The notes under the pieces were generated by a model. The model did no database searches. It was not told where the DNA came from and saw only the letters and a list, made by a program, of their open reading frames with translations. From Glycera tridactyla (Eukaryota), in contig OZ286461.1 in the NCBI GenBank assembly GCA_965644265.1, forward strand, positions 98,890,001 to 98,954,000: a stretch of 64,000 nucleotides of DNA. The letters run 5' to 3'. Below are positions 1-12,167 of the stretch, one piece after another. Position 1 is the first letter of the stretch; each line of letters opens with the position of its first letter. The position numbers were made by a program, and so were the translations under genes.

Positions 1-1979
1 CGAAAAAAATGGTATATGGCACTGTTTAGTAATTTTTAGTGACCACTCATCTCGAATTTTCACTCAAAAGTTCCTCCACTATTAGGACATGTTCTACTGC
101 AGATGTAAGTGCACTCACTTGTGTAATGCCTTGACAAGACCAGCTGCCAGTACGGCTGACTGTAAAGTGCCATAGGTGGTCAGATGCAGGATCCCAGAAC
201 ATATGATACTCTGAAAACCCACCGAAACACTTCATAATATGATGCCAGATGATTGTCGCTTTCTAAAATGCACCACAATCAGACTCTATGATAACACTCC
301 TCTGTGAGAAACAACTATGTTATATATTCCTCCTTATCATATGAGAAACACAGCTAGCAGTGATCAAATATAAATGCAGAAAACTGTAAGACTCATTATT
401 CAAATCACTGAAAGAGTACGCCACTGCTAAGGTGTCAAACATAATAATGAAATACATGTACCATTAAACCATGTGAAGAACTCCAACTGGCATTCACTCA
501 GAGCCAACTGATTGACAGAAATCCGTCCCCAACCTATTTTTCTACCCCATTACCAAGGAACACTGCAAGGTATAAGTGAACCATTCTGATTTGTCCTTCC
601 ACCTGTTCAACTTTCCATTCATGTGTGCATGCATTCAGAATAAGGGGACCATTACCTCAATTGTGCCCAGTCATGGATTTTCTTGTGTATGTAGCTAGAG
701 ATCTTGTTGTACTCACCCAGAGTCCATTCTTATCTTCAAATCGTAGAAGATGAATCAAAGTTTGCAAACCTCCAGCCTCCACAAACTGCAGAAGAAAGAT
801 TAGGTAGGCACGAATTAGAGTCAGATGAGATGTCAGAATGGAGAGATGTCTTTACAAGATGCAGCATGCACAAGGCACTTCTCGCAGTGGGCTGCTTGTA
901 CATCATCTTTCTATGATCTATTTCAATTAAGAGAAGAGGGCAGGTCAAAACCAAATAACAATTCTATGGTGGAGCATGCTGAACATTCAGAGATAAAGGT
1001 GAGTATGAAGTGACAATTCAATTGATATGGAGATGCAATGAAGCTTCTGTCTGCTATATTCATAATCCAGGAGTAGAAAGTACCAATCTTTAAGGAATGG
1101 GTTCAAACTTTCTTACACTCTGCCTACCAAATGACATGGGGCATACATCCATTCAACAAAATTCGAAATACAACAGATCGTGTTTGCATGCAGGTTATGG
1201 GTGCTTTGTGACATGTACAGGCATGGATTTACAAATCTTATGGAGTTCAAGGCTTACTCCAGAAGACTGATGCCAGACGTGTAGCAAGCTGGGCCGTTCA
1301 AATTCCATGAACATAGAGATGCATATACAAAGTAAGAATAAGACTTACCAGAGCAACCTTATCAGGATTCTGAATATAATCAATGAGTATCTGCACTCCG
1401 ACCAGCCGCTGGGCCTGGAAACATAAGAGTATAGAATGTACTGGCAGTCAGGTCCCCGTCTATATGGATTCGACAGGTCCTCAGATCACTCTTAAAGAAG
1501 TCTAAAATCAACATGCTACTTGTCTGACAAGTTGTAACACTTTGAAAAAAGGGTCATGTACCCGCACTATTGCATCATTTGGAACACTGGCACAGCCAAG
1601 AGTGAACACTACTAATATGGAACTTGGGATGCGAGACCCACTGACAAGACCACCCTTGATGGGAGACCGTTTATCAAGGCAACTATTCTATTAGACATGA
1701 TCAAATATACCTCTGACCAGCAACCACTTCTTTTGAGAGCACATTTTGGTGACATTTGGGACAGTCTCTCATCAGAGGTTTCACTGTATATATATGTACA
1801 TAAGAGCATACTTGGACTCCAACAGTCAAACCATAAACCTCTCTCAAATTTAAAGTGCTTTGAAACCCCCATGATGGTATTTCACTGATGCTCTGTACAA
1901 CTTTGCCTTGGCTGTTCATGGTTCTGGTGGCATTGTCATTCTGCTGGAAGAGTGTGGTAACAACATTTTTACTCATGAT

Positions 1980-2090
1980 TCAAATACTGACCAGGTTTGA
2001 TCCAAGAGCCTTGGCGATGGGCTCAGCTATTGGTTTACAAGCATCACACACTCGTTCACAGCTGTTCATGCCTAGATGTGGGAGGGCCAC
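1980..2090 (-). CDS. FYVE gene, terminal coding exon
   Basis: Acceptor ttttctgttttattgcag|GTG; encodes VALPHLGMNSCERVCDAC..., TGA at 1982-1980. Confidence 0.9.
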   Translation of the reverse strand: MALPHLGMNSCERVCDACKPIAEPIAKALGSNLVSI

Positions 2091-3604
2091 CTGCAATAAA
2101 ACAGAAAATATAAGCATTCAACCCATTCCAGTTGTAGATGAGATACCCCACAACCAATCATGGCATTGCTCGCGGACGCAGTAGCTCAGTGGATTAGTCA
2201 CTCCCATGATTTTTCAAAGGGAATTCCCTCATATATCCGATTTAGATATTCTGAAAAGCCGGTGATACCAGTGTCCTGTCCTTCTGGCTCCAGAGGTCGA
2301 TCATATCACTGATCAGGACAAGAATTCTCCTTTTGCATGCATGACCAATACCACTGGAAATGAAAGCATCAGAAATGTATTTTGGAATGTAAAATTTAAT
2401 CACCCCACTTGTTCATTCACTTCCACCCACCATGTAATGCAGGTAAATAAGATCAAGGACTCAGAAACTGATTTGCCCAGAACCGATACGTTTAACAGGC
2501 AAAAAGAGAGGTCATACCTTATGAGAGCAACACTTAGCACAGAAGATACGGCCGCAGTGACGACAATGGTGCTTTCGTCGGACAGGAGAGAAGCGGGCCT
2601 GACAGATACCACATTCGGATGCATCTTCATCACTCACCCACCTAATTAAACAGAATACAAGAGATTAACTATTGAATCAGATATTCATGAATGTAGCCTG
2701 TACCAGATGCCATATGTCACGATGTCAGACCTTGTGACCCATGAAGTGAGCATACCATGGGTCATCACTCAAAATGATAGGTCATCTCCTATTTATCTAT
2801 GGTTGACCGAGCTGATAGGACCGGGCCTTTTAGATATTGGTGGAGTCCGATATGACCCATTTGGTGTTGAAAGGATGTTAAACAAAAATCAATCAATCAG
2901 ATATTGGTTCGCTGGTCGTTAGAGCAGATGTCAGTTCATACACACCTTTACCTACACAGTACACACACTAATTCAATTCAACCAATTTGTCTGGGTACAT
3001 GATAAACATAATTGACATAAATTGATATGCACCAATTCATGGATGTCCTTACTCTGTGCCCAGTGCTAATGGCACACAAAGTTGTAAAAGGGCACATTAA
3101 GCCATATATCTTGTGTCAAGAAGGCACATGTAATTTTCTATACCTTGATATGATTACAGTCGAACCTCCTCTAAAGACCACCTCTCTATAAAGACCACCT
3201 CCATATAAAGACCACTTTTATATGTGACCGAAGGCTGTCTTTTTAGGGAGGTTTGACAGTACATGGTTTGGGCACACGCAAATCTGAAAAATCACATGGC
3301 ATCTGCATCAATGTGCCCGAAAGACACTTATATTTTCCAAAGTAAGGAAATCCCTGTCAATTGAACTAATTCCCTTTGTCTAGGTACACCTGCAGGCGAA
3401 CATGACTCACACACACGTGCGCGCGCGCACAACACCGTAGCATGAACATCAGAGCGAACACACTTCAATCATTCATACTGATTACCTGGGTGGTTCCAAT
3501 GTGAATTGGGAGACGCTGAAAACATCGGGATGGCCTTGAACATTTGGCACTCGAACAGTTTTGTCACCAAGGCGAACCATGAAACATGGCGCAGGTGATG
3601 ACAT
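1980..3604 (-). CDS. ZFYVE21: Spliced 3-exon gene, complement(join 3486-3604, 2518-2641, 1980-2090), encoding a 117-aa FYVE zinc-finger protein, ZFYVE21-like but with no C-terminal PH-like domain
   Basis: Manual minus-strand translation: MSSPAPCFMVRLGDKTVRVPNVQGHPDVFSVSQFTLEPPR|WVSDEDASECGICQARFSPVRRKHHCRHCGRIFCAKCCSHK|VALPHLGMNSCERVCDACKPIAEPIAKALGSNLVSI*. Both introns are GT-AG and the phases match (119+124+111 = 354 nt). WxxD, RRKHHCR, RVC and 8 Zn-ligand cysteines are present. FxLExPxWVxD and CC-x2-KV-x-L resemble ZFYVE21 as I recall it; orthology is unverified. Confidence 0.9.
2518..2641 (-). CDS. FYVE gene, coding exon 2 (core FYVE domain)
   Basis: Acceptor tttaattag|G and donor AAG|GTATGA; encodes WVSD...RRKHHCRHCGRIFCAKCCSHK. 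Confidence 0.95.
3157..3259. mobile_element. pogo/Tigger-like (Tc1-mariner superfamily) MITE in intron 1 of the FYVE gene
   Basis: TA|CAGTCGAACCTCC ... GGAGGTTTGACAG|TA: imperfect TIRs, TA TSD, internal AAAGACCAC repeats. Confidence 0.75.
3486..3604 (-). CDS. FYVE gene, coding exon 1
   Basis: ATG at 3604-3602 in context acaagATGT. Open frame ends ...LEPP-AG at donor CCCAG|GTAAT (phase 2), matching the next exon. Confidence 0.85.
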
Positions 3605-3699
3605 CTTGTTGTAAACAATCCTCCCCCAAGTTTTCCAGAAGCTGTCACCTGGTCACCAGCCCGTCAACTGGTCAATCAACAACAATCAAACCGGTATAG

Positions 3700-4000
3700 A
3701 TTACAGTCTAAGCTCACAGTAACACAGTCGCATTTCTGGGAAGTCATGTATCCTAGAACGAAGAGTTAATCCGGGAGAAAGTATGAAATGTAATGCGTTC
3801 GACGCCAACCACAAGAAAGAGAATGTGGTCCCTGGTCACGCTTCCGTGAAGTAGCCGAAAATAGCGTGTTGACCTAACCTAGTTTCACTTCTGTCCAGAT
3901 GTGCTAAATATATCCCCTTCCGCGAGGCGCCGCTAAATACGACATCGATACGTAAGTGCCACCACGCTTCTGTGCTGATAACTGTTAGTTTTGACTTCTT
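3700..4000. promoter_or_regulatory. Probable promoter/5' region of the FYVE gene (CpG-enriched)
   Basis: CpG-rich stretch directly upstream of the ATG; no TSS can be placed. Confidence 0.35.
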
Positions 4001-4130
4001 CTGGTAGGTGTCACATCACACAGTTCAACATTTAGTCGAGCCTCTCGACAGTATCAGAAATTTACAGTTATCTCCCCTCCTCCTAAACTCTTCCACGCCC
4101 CAATTGTCTGGAACAGCAGGAGTCCATGAA

Positions 4131-4186
4131 ACCTCCTCCTCCTCCTCCTCCTCCTCCTCCTTCTCCTCTTCCTCCTCTTCCCCCTC
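4131..4186. repeat. (TCC)n microsatellite
   Basis: Direct reading. Confidence 0.9.
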
Positions 4187-4699
4187 TTATTAGCATTTCT
4201 CAAAAGATAGATATCTTTTCATTGTTCGAAGACCCCAGCAGGAGAGCGTTATTGCCCCCATTGTCCAAATGAAATAGGGGATGAAGCCCATTTTCTCCTA
4301 AACTGCCCCCCCTTGAAAAGCATAAGACCCCCACTTATATCAGCCTGCCAACTGGACATCCCAGAGTTCTCCAACCTAAGCCCAAATCATCAGTTTGTAG
4401 CTATCATGAAAGCTAGCTCGAAGAATGTTGCCCTCGCCCTTGGCTCCTTCTGCTTAAGTGGATTCGACCTTCTGAAACCCGCCACTAGCTCCAAGAGGAA
4501 ATGAAAGATGGACAATGTTAGAAATAAAGACATGCACAGACACACAAACACGCACACACAGACTTCCCTACAAACAAAATGACCTATCCAAGACCTTGTA
4601 TATATATATATATATGTATATTTCTCTTTTCACTATGGTGGATCAGACCCCGATGCTTGTATATGTGACTGAATATGTACATTCTCGAACAATTACCCT

Positions 4700-4855
4700 A
4701 ACAAATTGAACATGAATTATTTTACAATGAATTGAATATGAATTATTTCACAATGAACAATCTTGTATTTATATGTGCAGTAGATACTTTATTTTCTGTA
4801 GTACCTATGTTGCCTTGTGTGATTCGGTAGAAATAAAGTTGATTTGAATTGAATT
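4700..4855 (+). mobile_element. Probable LINE 3' UTR remnant ending AATAAA plus (TTGAA)n tail
   Basis: AT-rich stretch ending agAAATAAAgttgatttgaattgaatt; the GAATT array resumes at 5500-5516 beyond the inserted LINE. Confidence 0.4.
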
Positions 4856-5500
4856 CTAGTTCTAGTTCTAGTTCTAGTTCTAGTTCTAGTTCTAGTTCTA
4901 GTTCTAGTTCTAGTGAATAATCCGCAGAACCCTCTAGTGAAGTATTAAGCGCGGATGTGGTGGAGTGTGGCTAGACAGCCAGTGACGCAAGCTGCCTCTT
5001 GAATATATCAACTGAGGCAGCCTCTGCCACATGGGCAGGTAGTCTGTTCCAAACGGGAACTGTCTTCACGGCGAATGAATGGCGGTATTCATCAGTAGAC
5101 GCTTGAAGGTGTTGTAACTTCCTGCTATGAGAAGCTCTTGTGCGTGAGTCTGCCGTAACCAGATCTAGATCTTCAGGTGGAAGCTTGACTTCATCAGTCA
5201 TGATCTTGAAGAGCATAGTGAGCCTTGCAGCTTGCCGTCGGTCTTCCAGGGGATCAAGCCCTAAGTCTTTCAACATAGTTGTGACGCTCGATTTCATGCC
5301 GTAGTCACGCTGGATCCATCGGGCTGCGCGGCGCTGTACTTGCTCTAGAGCGCGCTTGTCTTTCTTGAGATGCGGGTCCCAAACAGCTGCGCTATATTCC
5401 AATGTGGAACGGACTATAGAGATGTAGGATAGCCGTTTTAAGGGGCGAGGACTACCTTTAAGGTTCCTTCGAAGGAAACCCAAGCGGGAGTTAGCCTTCT
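4854..5500 (-). mobile_element. 5'-truncated CR1/L2-group LINE (ORF2 C-terminus plus 3' UTR and (CTAGAA)10 tail)
   Basis: ORF 4971-5564 from KKANSRLGFLRRNL...STLEYSAAVWDPH...EQVQRRAAR...SFAVKTVPVWNRLP is a typical post-RT C-terminus. (TTCTAG)x10 at 4854-4913. TTGAATTGAATT at 4844-4855 and 5500-5511 is the apparent TSD. Confidence 0.9.
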
Positions 5501-6598
5501 TGAATTGAATTGAATTGTTGTACATAGACATCTTATGTGACTGACTCATTATGATATGAAGCATTTCGACAATCTTGAGGATTTGCGAATATGATTATAA
5601 TAGGGGCGATTTGGATCTTAGGCGTCGTCTAAGGCTCTATCTCCCATTTTTTAGTGCCTGCAATATTTCTCTCGCAAGGCACATTTCCCCCTCAAAATGT
5701 TGACAGCATATCCCAATTAATCAGAATTTTCGATTAGATCTCTGAATATCTAAATGGAACACTTTCCCATATCAGCTCCTACATTGTCAGAAACGAGTCA
5801 GTGTCTGATTGATCTGATTCAGGACACCAGAAATGAGTCCTCGAGTTCCTGTGAATTCAGGAATTCACACCTCCTGTCGGGGGGACCCAGTAGTAGTCTT
5901 GAAGCAGATCAGCAAGGAAATAACGCAGATAAATCATAGTTGGGACTACTTCGCTGATGTACCAATAGTGTTTTAATAAGTTCACATTGAACTGGAATTC
6001 TACCTCCTCAAGATCAACTTATCTGATTCCGGATTTCATTAATGTTTGAATAGTCAGTGTTGTGTAAGGTCTTGGAAGGTCGTATTGGACGTGTGTATGA
6101 TGTGAATGAAATTCACTTTATACATACGTCAAATAGTTAGTTAGTGTGCATCTTATGAAGGACTGCAGGTGTATGAGGTTACCCATTAGTATACTGAAAT
6201 ACGAACATCTGTGCATAAATGACACTGTTTATGGATGTCTTATGTTCCATCAGCTGTCCGAATTATTTTTGTCACTGTACAGACTGAACACGACATTCNN
6301 NNNNNNNNNNNNNNNNNNNNNNNNNNNNNNNNNNNNNNNNNNNNNNNNNNNNNNNNNNNNNNNNNNNNNNNNNNNNNNNNNNNNNNNNNNNNNNNNNNNN
6401 NNNNNNNNNNNNNNNNNNNNNNNNNNNTTTACTTCATCATCCATGGATTTATCCATTCGATACAGCAATCAATCAATACACATTATTGAATCAACCATAC
6501 TTCCATGGCCGGTATCTTGTCTTAGACCCCTTTACAGCCCGTGGTTTCGCGGAAGTCTTGATTGAAACTTTAGGTTCCACTCTTCTACACTCTGGTAA

Positions 6599-7174
6599 AG
6601 CTGTCCTCCCACATCGGCGTTCCGTACGACGTTCGACGACGTTCGAGGAAATCGTCGCTCAAACGTCGTTGATCGTCGCGCGAACTTCCTCGAACGTCGG
6701 TGAACGTCGGTGAACATCGTAAAACGTCGCTGATCGCCGGGGTACGACGTTTGTTTTGAACATGTTCAAAACACTTGTCGCGCGAATGTAGCTGAAAGGT
6801 GATCGTGGCTCGAGCGTCGTTGATCGTCGCAAAAACGTCGATAGAAACGTCGTCAAACGTCATCAAACGTCGTCAAACGTCGTCGAACGTCGTAAAACGT
6901 CGCTGATCGTCACGCAAACTTCCTCGAACGTCGTACATCGCCGTTGATCGTCGCACCATCATGGTGCCAACGCCGCCTATCGCCGTGAGAACGTCGCGCG
7001 AACGTGGGTGATCGTCGCGCGAAGGCAGCAAGATCGCCATTGAACGTCGCGCGAACGTCCCGTGAACGTCGCTACCTCGAATGATCGCCGAATAATGCCA
7101 TTTTTACTATCGCTGCGCGAACTTCGTGAAACGTCGTAGAACGTCGCTGTAAACGTCGATGTGGGAGGACAGCT
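6599..7174. mobile_element. Non-autonomous PIF/Harbinger-type DNA transposon (576 bp)
   Basis: TIR AGCTGTCCTCCCACATCG(G/A)CGTT (22/23 match); TAA at 6596-6598 and 7175-7177 (3-bp TSD). The interior is made of short AACGTCG/GATCGTCGC motifs. Confidence 0.85.
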
Positions 7175-10100
7175 TAAAGTGTCACTTCGCTGTCTCACAG
7201 GCAGGATATGATGTCTCTTTGCTGAGGATTTCAGTCTCCGATTTAGCCGATTCTGTTGAGCTTCTTCTTGGAAAAACTCCAATATCTTGAGTATCATATG
7301 ACAGGTGCGATTCGCCCTTTTTCGGTTTCTTTGATTGCCTGCGTGATAGGGCACACGTACCCAGGTCAAGAAATAGCATGGATGTCCTGGAACAGTTGGT
7401 GTCACGGTATTGACGGGTACGTGTGCGCGCGTGCGCGCAGGGGTCATTCTGTCACATGGTGGTACATTGCTCCAGTCTGACCAGAAAGAAAAAAGATTTG
7501 TTTCACAGCGCCCTCATAGTTTCAGATAAACTTTATGATAAAGGTAACTCATTCTATGGCCAGCCGAGGAAAACGGAGACAAAATACCAGACTGTCGATA
7601 AAATTGAAGCTAATAGCAATCCTCAATAAAAGACACTGGTTATGAATTTTGTGTATTTTCGTGTGTGTATGTGTGATGAAATGTGACACAGTAGATAGGA
7701 ACCAGAGAATGACAAAGGGACAGGTGATATCCTTGCTGAAATTCACACTTGAATCACTTCACGAAGCCGTGAACTCGAGAACTCGATCCTAACATTTATA
7801 TTTGTGTTGGAAGCTCAGCTCAATACGTGGTTGTGATAACTGTTTTCCGTTGAAAATAATGCCCAAGCCAGCAAACCTGAGCAACTGAGAACATCCATGC
7901 AATTACAGCTGGCTGCGTCCTATCGATGTGAGCCCCATCTATCAGGAATAAAGACAAGCGAGGATGAAGTGTGGTAAGATTTTTTAGAGGTGCTAGCGAT
8001 GAGGCTTCTCTAGTAGGATAGTGGACTGGCCCTACCATGTAGTATCTCGAAAATACTCCATCAGCTGAAATTAGGTTAATCTGTAGCGTCCTCTGTAATC
8101 CTACATTATCGAATTACCATGTCACATTTAGGAAGAGTGGGCTTGATTGAGGTCCAGCTTATGGTCTACAAGCTCCCCACTCCCCCTCCCCCTCNNNNNN
8201 NNNNNNNNNNNNNNNNNNNNNNNNNNNNNNNNNNNNNNNNNNNNNNNNNNNNNNNNNNNNNNNNNNNNNNNNNNNNNNNNNNNNNNNNNNNNNNNNNNNN
8301 NNNNNNNNNNNNNNNNNNNNNNNNNNNNNNNNNNNNNNNNNNNNNNNNNNNNNNNNNNNNNNNNNNNNNNNNNNNNNNNNNNNNNNNNNNNNNNNNNNNN
8401 NNNNNNNNNNNNNNNNNNNNNNNNNNNNNNNNNNNNNNNNNNNNNNNNNNNNNNNNNNNNNNNNNNNNNNNNNNNNNNNNNNNNNNNNNNNNNNNNNNNN
8501 NNNATCTGCATATACACCTGTGTTCTCTGATGATGAGGTGGAAATGACTTGTCACTTGCAATGAAGATTTCTGAAGCTATCATGACACCATATAAGGCCC
8601 AAGTCTTCCTTTATGATTATTCTCACAATCCACCCACCCACAGGATTGTTTGCATTTCATCAAGAGAAATGGGGTGTCGCTGGATATCAGCCAAATTCGA
8701 AGAATAGTTTCCGTAGCATACTAATTTTGTCAATACATACACATCCAAAAGTGGAGATTGTGGATCAAAAGGGATTCGTGATCTCAGTCGCGACGATAAC
8801 TAGAAATGTGGGCTGAATTACATTCCATGATATTTCAGAATTAAAATCAATGGCAATAGACAGGAGCTGCACGAAATAACTGAGAACAGAATTCGTGATG
8901 GAGGTTCCGGGAACGACCTCATCCCGCATCCAAAGAAGTGAAAAATAAACGACAACAAACCAAGAACAATGAGGTGACAAAACTTAAAGATATCACAAAA
9001 AGACACCCGTCTTAGAAGCTGCATGTTCAGTTAGATGGGCCATTCACATTGCCTGGAATTCCTCATTTGTAGTGAATGAGTCCCCCCGAGTCTCACTTTT
9101 CCAGTTTTGACCTTCACGGGATGGTTGAGTCGATTCACTTGGGATATCTCCCCCATTTTGATGACTCTGGTCATGCAAAGGGTATTGATCCCGTTATAAA
9201 TCATACTGTCCCTAACTTCTATCTCCCAGAATAACTACTGGTTCACCCTTCTTCTCGGAATTGCCAGTTCCACTTTGCTAGACTGCGAGTGCCTGATTAC
9301 CCCCAGGCAATTGAGGTTAATTGGCATTTTACCCATTTTTATACCATATTTCAATTGTTTTTACTCATTGATGGGAACAGCAAGTAGTCGTCAAATGTTT
9401 TCTGTGAACCAAATGAAACATGGGCAAATGGTGAAAGCATCTACCTATTATACAGATTGTTGTGTCTCTCATCTACGGAGCCTCATAAAGAAAATCGATC
9501 CGCTCCTGTCTGGGATGGCATTTATGGCTATATCAGGTACCCATCAACTCCATACTCGTAATACAGCCAAGAAAGTAATAGAACAAACGTGTCAGTTACC
9601 TTACCCAAATTAGTTTCACAGAATCAGGTTAATGAAGAGATGATTGGCAATATCCACACAAGCAGTTGTTTGTGATGTTTTCATCACTGTAGACTTCGTC
9701 AATTATTCGCTTGCAAATATTCTTATGTCATCATCGCCGAGTTGATTCATCGCGAAATTGCATGCATCCGAGGGCTCATATGAACGTTCCTATAGTCAGA
9801 TATGGACTCAACAGGGATACAAAGAATTGTAAACTTTAGTTATCCTCAAGAGGGGATGTGCGGGATAACACTTCTCCCCAGTGAGCATGGCTAAAACAAA
9901 GTAGTTTCAACAGACAATTTATAACCATTCGGAACAATTGTTCCCTACACCCGAGAAAATACATTCAGATTTGGAGAAATGTATAATCATTTAAGAAAGA
10001 ATAGCAAAGAAGAGTAAGAAGGTGTTACGACTCTGTGCCACCTACATCTAATCTGATGACTGATCATATTGGCCCCAAAGGATCTCAGAGCCGGGTCACC

Positions 10101-11244
10101 AAATTCGATATGTTGATGTGTCCTTGCTCGCGTGATACATAAAAGTGGCTTTGTATATCCTTTGTTTTGTTTTCCCCAAGTGGGGAGTTGAGGTATTGAC
10201 CGCTGCACAGGTTACCTCTGGTTTCAGAGGAGTGGCATCCAAGATTTGGGTGGAAGGTAATGAAAGTGTTAATCTCAGACCAAACACTGAATCACCCTCG
10301 AACAAGAAAGTGACTTGGAGGCAGGGAGATAAGCTCAGTCACCTGCAGCATCGATGTGGGCCATTTGTAGTTCCAGCGAGTCTTATATGTCATCACTGTC
10401 ATCAATCCAGTTGCTCAATATACCTTGCCTGAACAGAGTGGCTTTGTCTCTCAATGCCTGAAGGGTGGTCAGGGTCAGTGTACAGCTCAGTTTTGCGTGG
10501 CAGCCTTTTAATCATTAGTAGGACATGAACTGCCCTATTGTGAATGGGACAGGCAGAGTCATCGAGAGAGGAACTGCTATGAGGTTATTGCTGGATAGAT
10601 ATTGCTCACTACGTAGGACGCATCCATACTAGTGCTTAGCAAACTATAGTGATTGACACTGTTGTGACAATGTGAAACACCAGTGAGACCAGCAGGCGCT
10701 ATCAGCAGAGAAATACACGGGATGTGCACTCTATGCACATGCATATGTATGTATGAGGAACCATACATATCTCTTACCTATGGATGCTGTTTTGGATTGG
10801 ATCCATCACATCTCCGGAGTCAAAAAAAGCATGGAAGACATGATATTGATTGCATGTTGCATTAGTACATCTCCACAGACAACTCAAGTGTACACCCCAC
10901 CCCCGCGAACCTCTTCAGTATGAGCAGAGGGGAATAGTTGTGAGTTGTGAGGTCTCCCATACAGCATGCTCTGGCTTCACTCGTCATCGATCATAGGTGG
11001 ACGACAACACAGTTTAGGATAGATGAATTCACCAGCCCATTTCATTCATTCTCAATCAGAACAAGAGCGCAAGGCTGCGCTGAGTGATCTCCGGTGAGAC
11101 TTGGGGGATAGTGACAAGCCCTCCTTCAGGAATTTGAGGTAGCGGTCCTCCTAGTGCGAGTCATGAGCGAACCACCAGTGGATTTGTCTTATGGCCATAA
11201 TCCATAGCAAAACGTTCGTCGAATCGCCGTCATTTGCGTGAGTG

Positions 11245-11441
11245 CTGATCTCTGATTGGCTGGTTTTACACACGCTATCTACAACCCCATTCATGAATCG
11301 GTGCAGTGATCCCTGAAACCTGGTAATGAGGTGCGAAGAAGAAGCACTACTTTTCTCCCCTACGAACTATCATATCAACCAAAACACAGATTTTTTCGAG
11401 ATTTATACATGGAGGTAAGACAAATGGATGTCGAGGAATCA

Positions 11442-11492
<51 letters not shown>

Positions 11493-11627
11493 GATACTTG
11501 TTATTTGCTTCGGTCAGGTGACACCATTTGGCGAAAGTAGTCCCGGCTCGGAACCTAATAAACAGTGACGTTGATTCATGAATGAAGTTGTAAATAGTGT
11601 GTGTAAAACCAGCCAATCAGAAATCAG
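11245..11627. repeat. Fold-back/MITE-like element: 55-bp inverted arms (11245-11299, 11573-11627) around a (GACA)n tract
   Basis: ctgatctctgattggctggttttacacacgctatctacaaccccattcatgaatc versus the reverse complement of 11573-11627 matches 50/55. No TSD identified. Confidence 0.7.
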
Positions 11628-12167
11628 GACTTGACAGGCATCTACTACTTGCGCGCAGCTATACATCTCTGAGCGATCGTACCTGTGTGCTTCGGTGATC
11701 GGCCACAAAAACGAGTGTTGAGAGAATTTCGAATTACGTAATCGGTACATTTCCTCAAATTCATCATATTAATAAATCATCTTAAAATCGTGTTAGATTA
11801 GATCATTTGTTCCTTTTACACAGATCCAATCAAGATTCGTTTGATTATATCAGCCTCGAGAGTCAGAATCGGCGAAGTTAGGAAGCATTTGGAGCAGGGA
11901 GGTGATAGCATAGTGATCTCCAATGGAGATCACAAAAAGCATTATTTGTAGTTGCTGGAGAAGGCAAATAAACTTGCCCTTTACGATCCAAATGTTCGCT
12001 GCATATCACTGCGTTACCCGCACAAGAACACACTTCGTATTTGGTCTCTCTCGAAATAAATGTGTAACTGACACTGCAATGTATTCTCTCTACAATTGAT
12101 CACTCAGCGTGGCGTAGACAGAACACCAGCATCATTAAGCCGGCGACAGCTTCTTACAAATCCTTAA

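Noticed and set aside
47-1976. Short ORFs downstream of the FYVE stop
   Set aside because: No recognisable domains; likely 3' UTR or intergenic.
2175-2260. tRNA gene suggested by GTAGCTCAGTGG
   Set aside because: A-box only; no B-box or cloverleaf. At most a decayed SINE head.
7182-9030. GPCR/iGluR-like fragments (LLRISVSDLAD, LLSIAID, YGNYSSNLA)
   Set aside because: Short motifs interrupted by stops, on inconsistent strands and frames; hydrophobic frames are common in AT-rich DNA.
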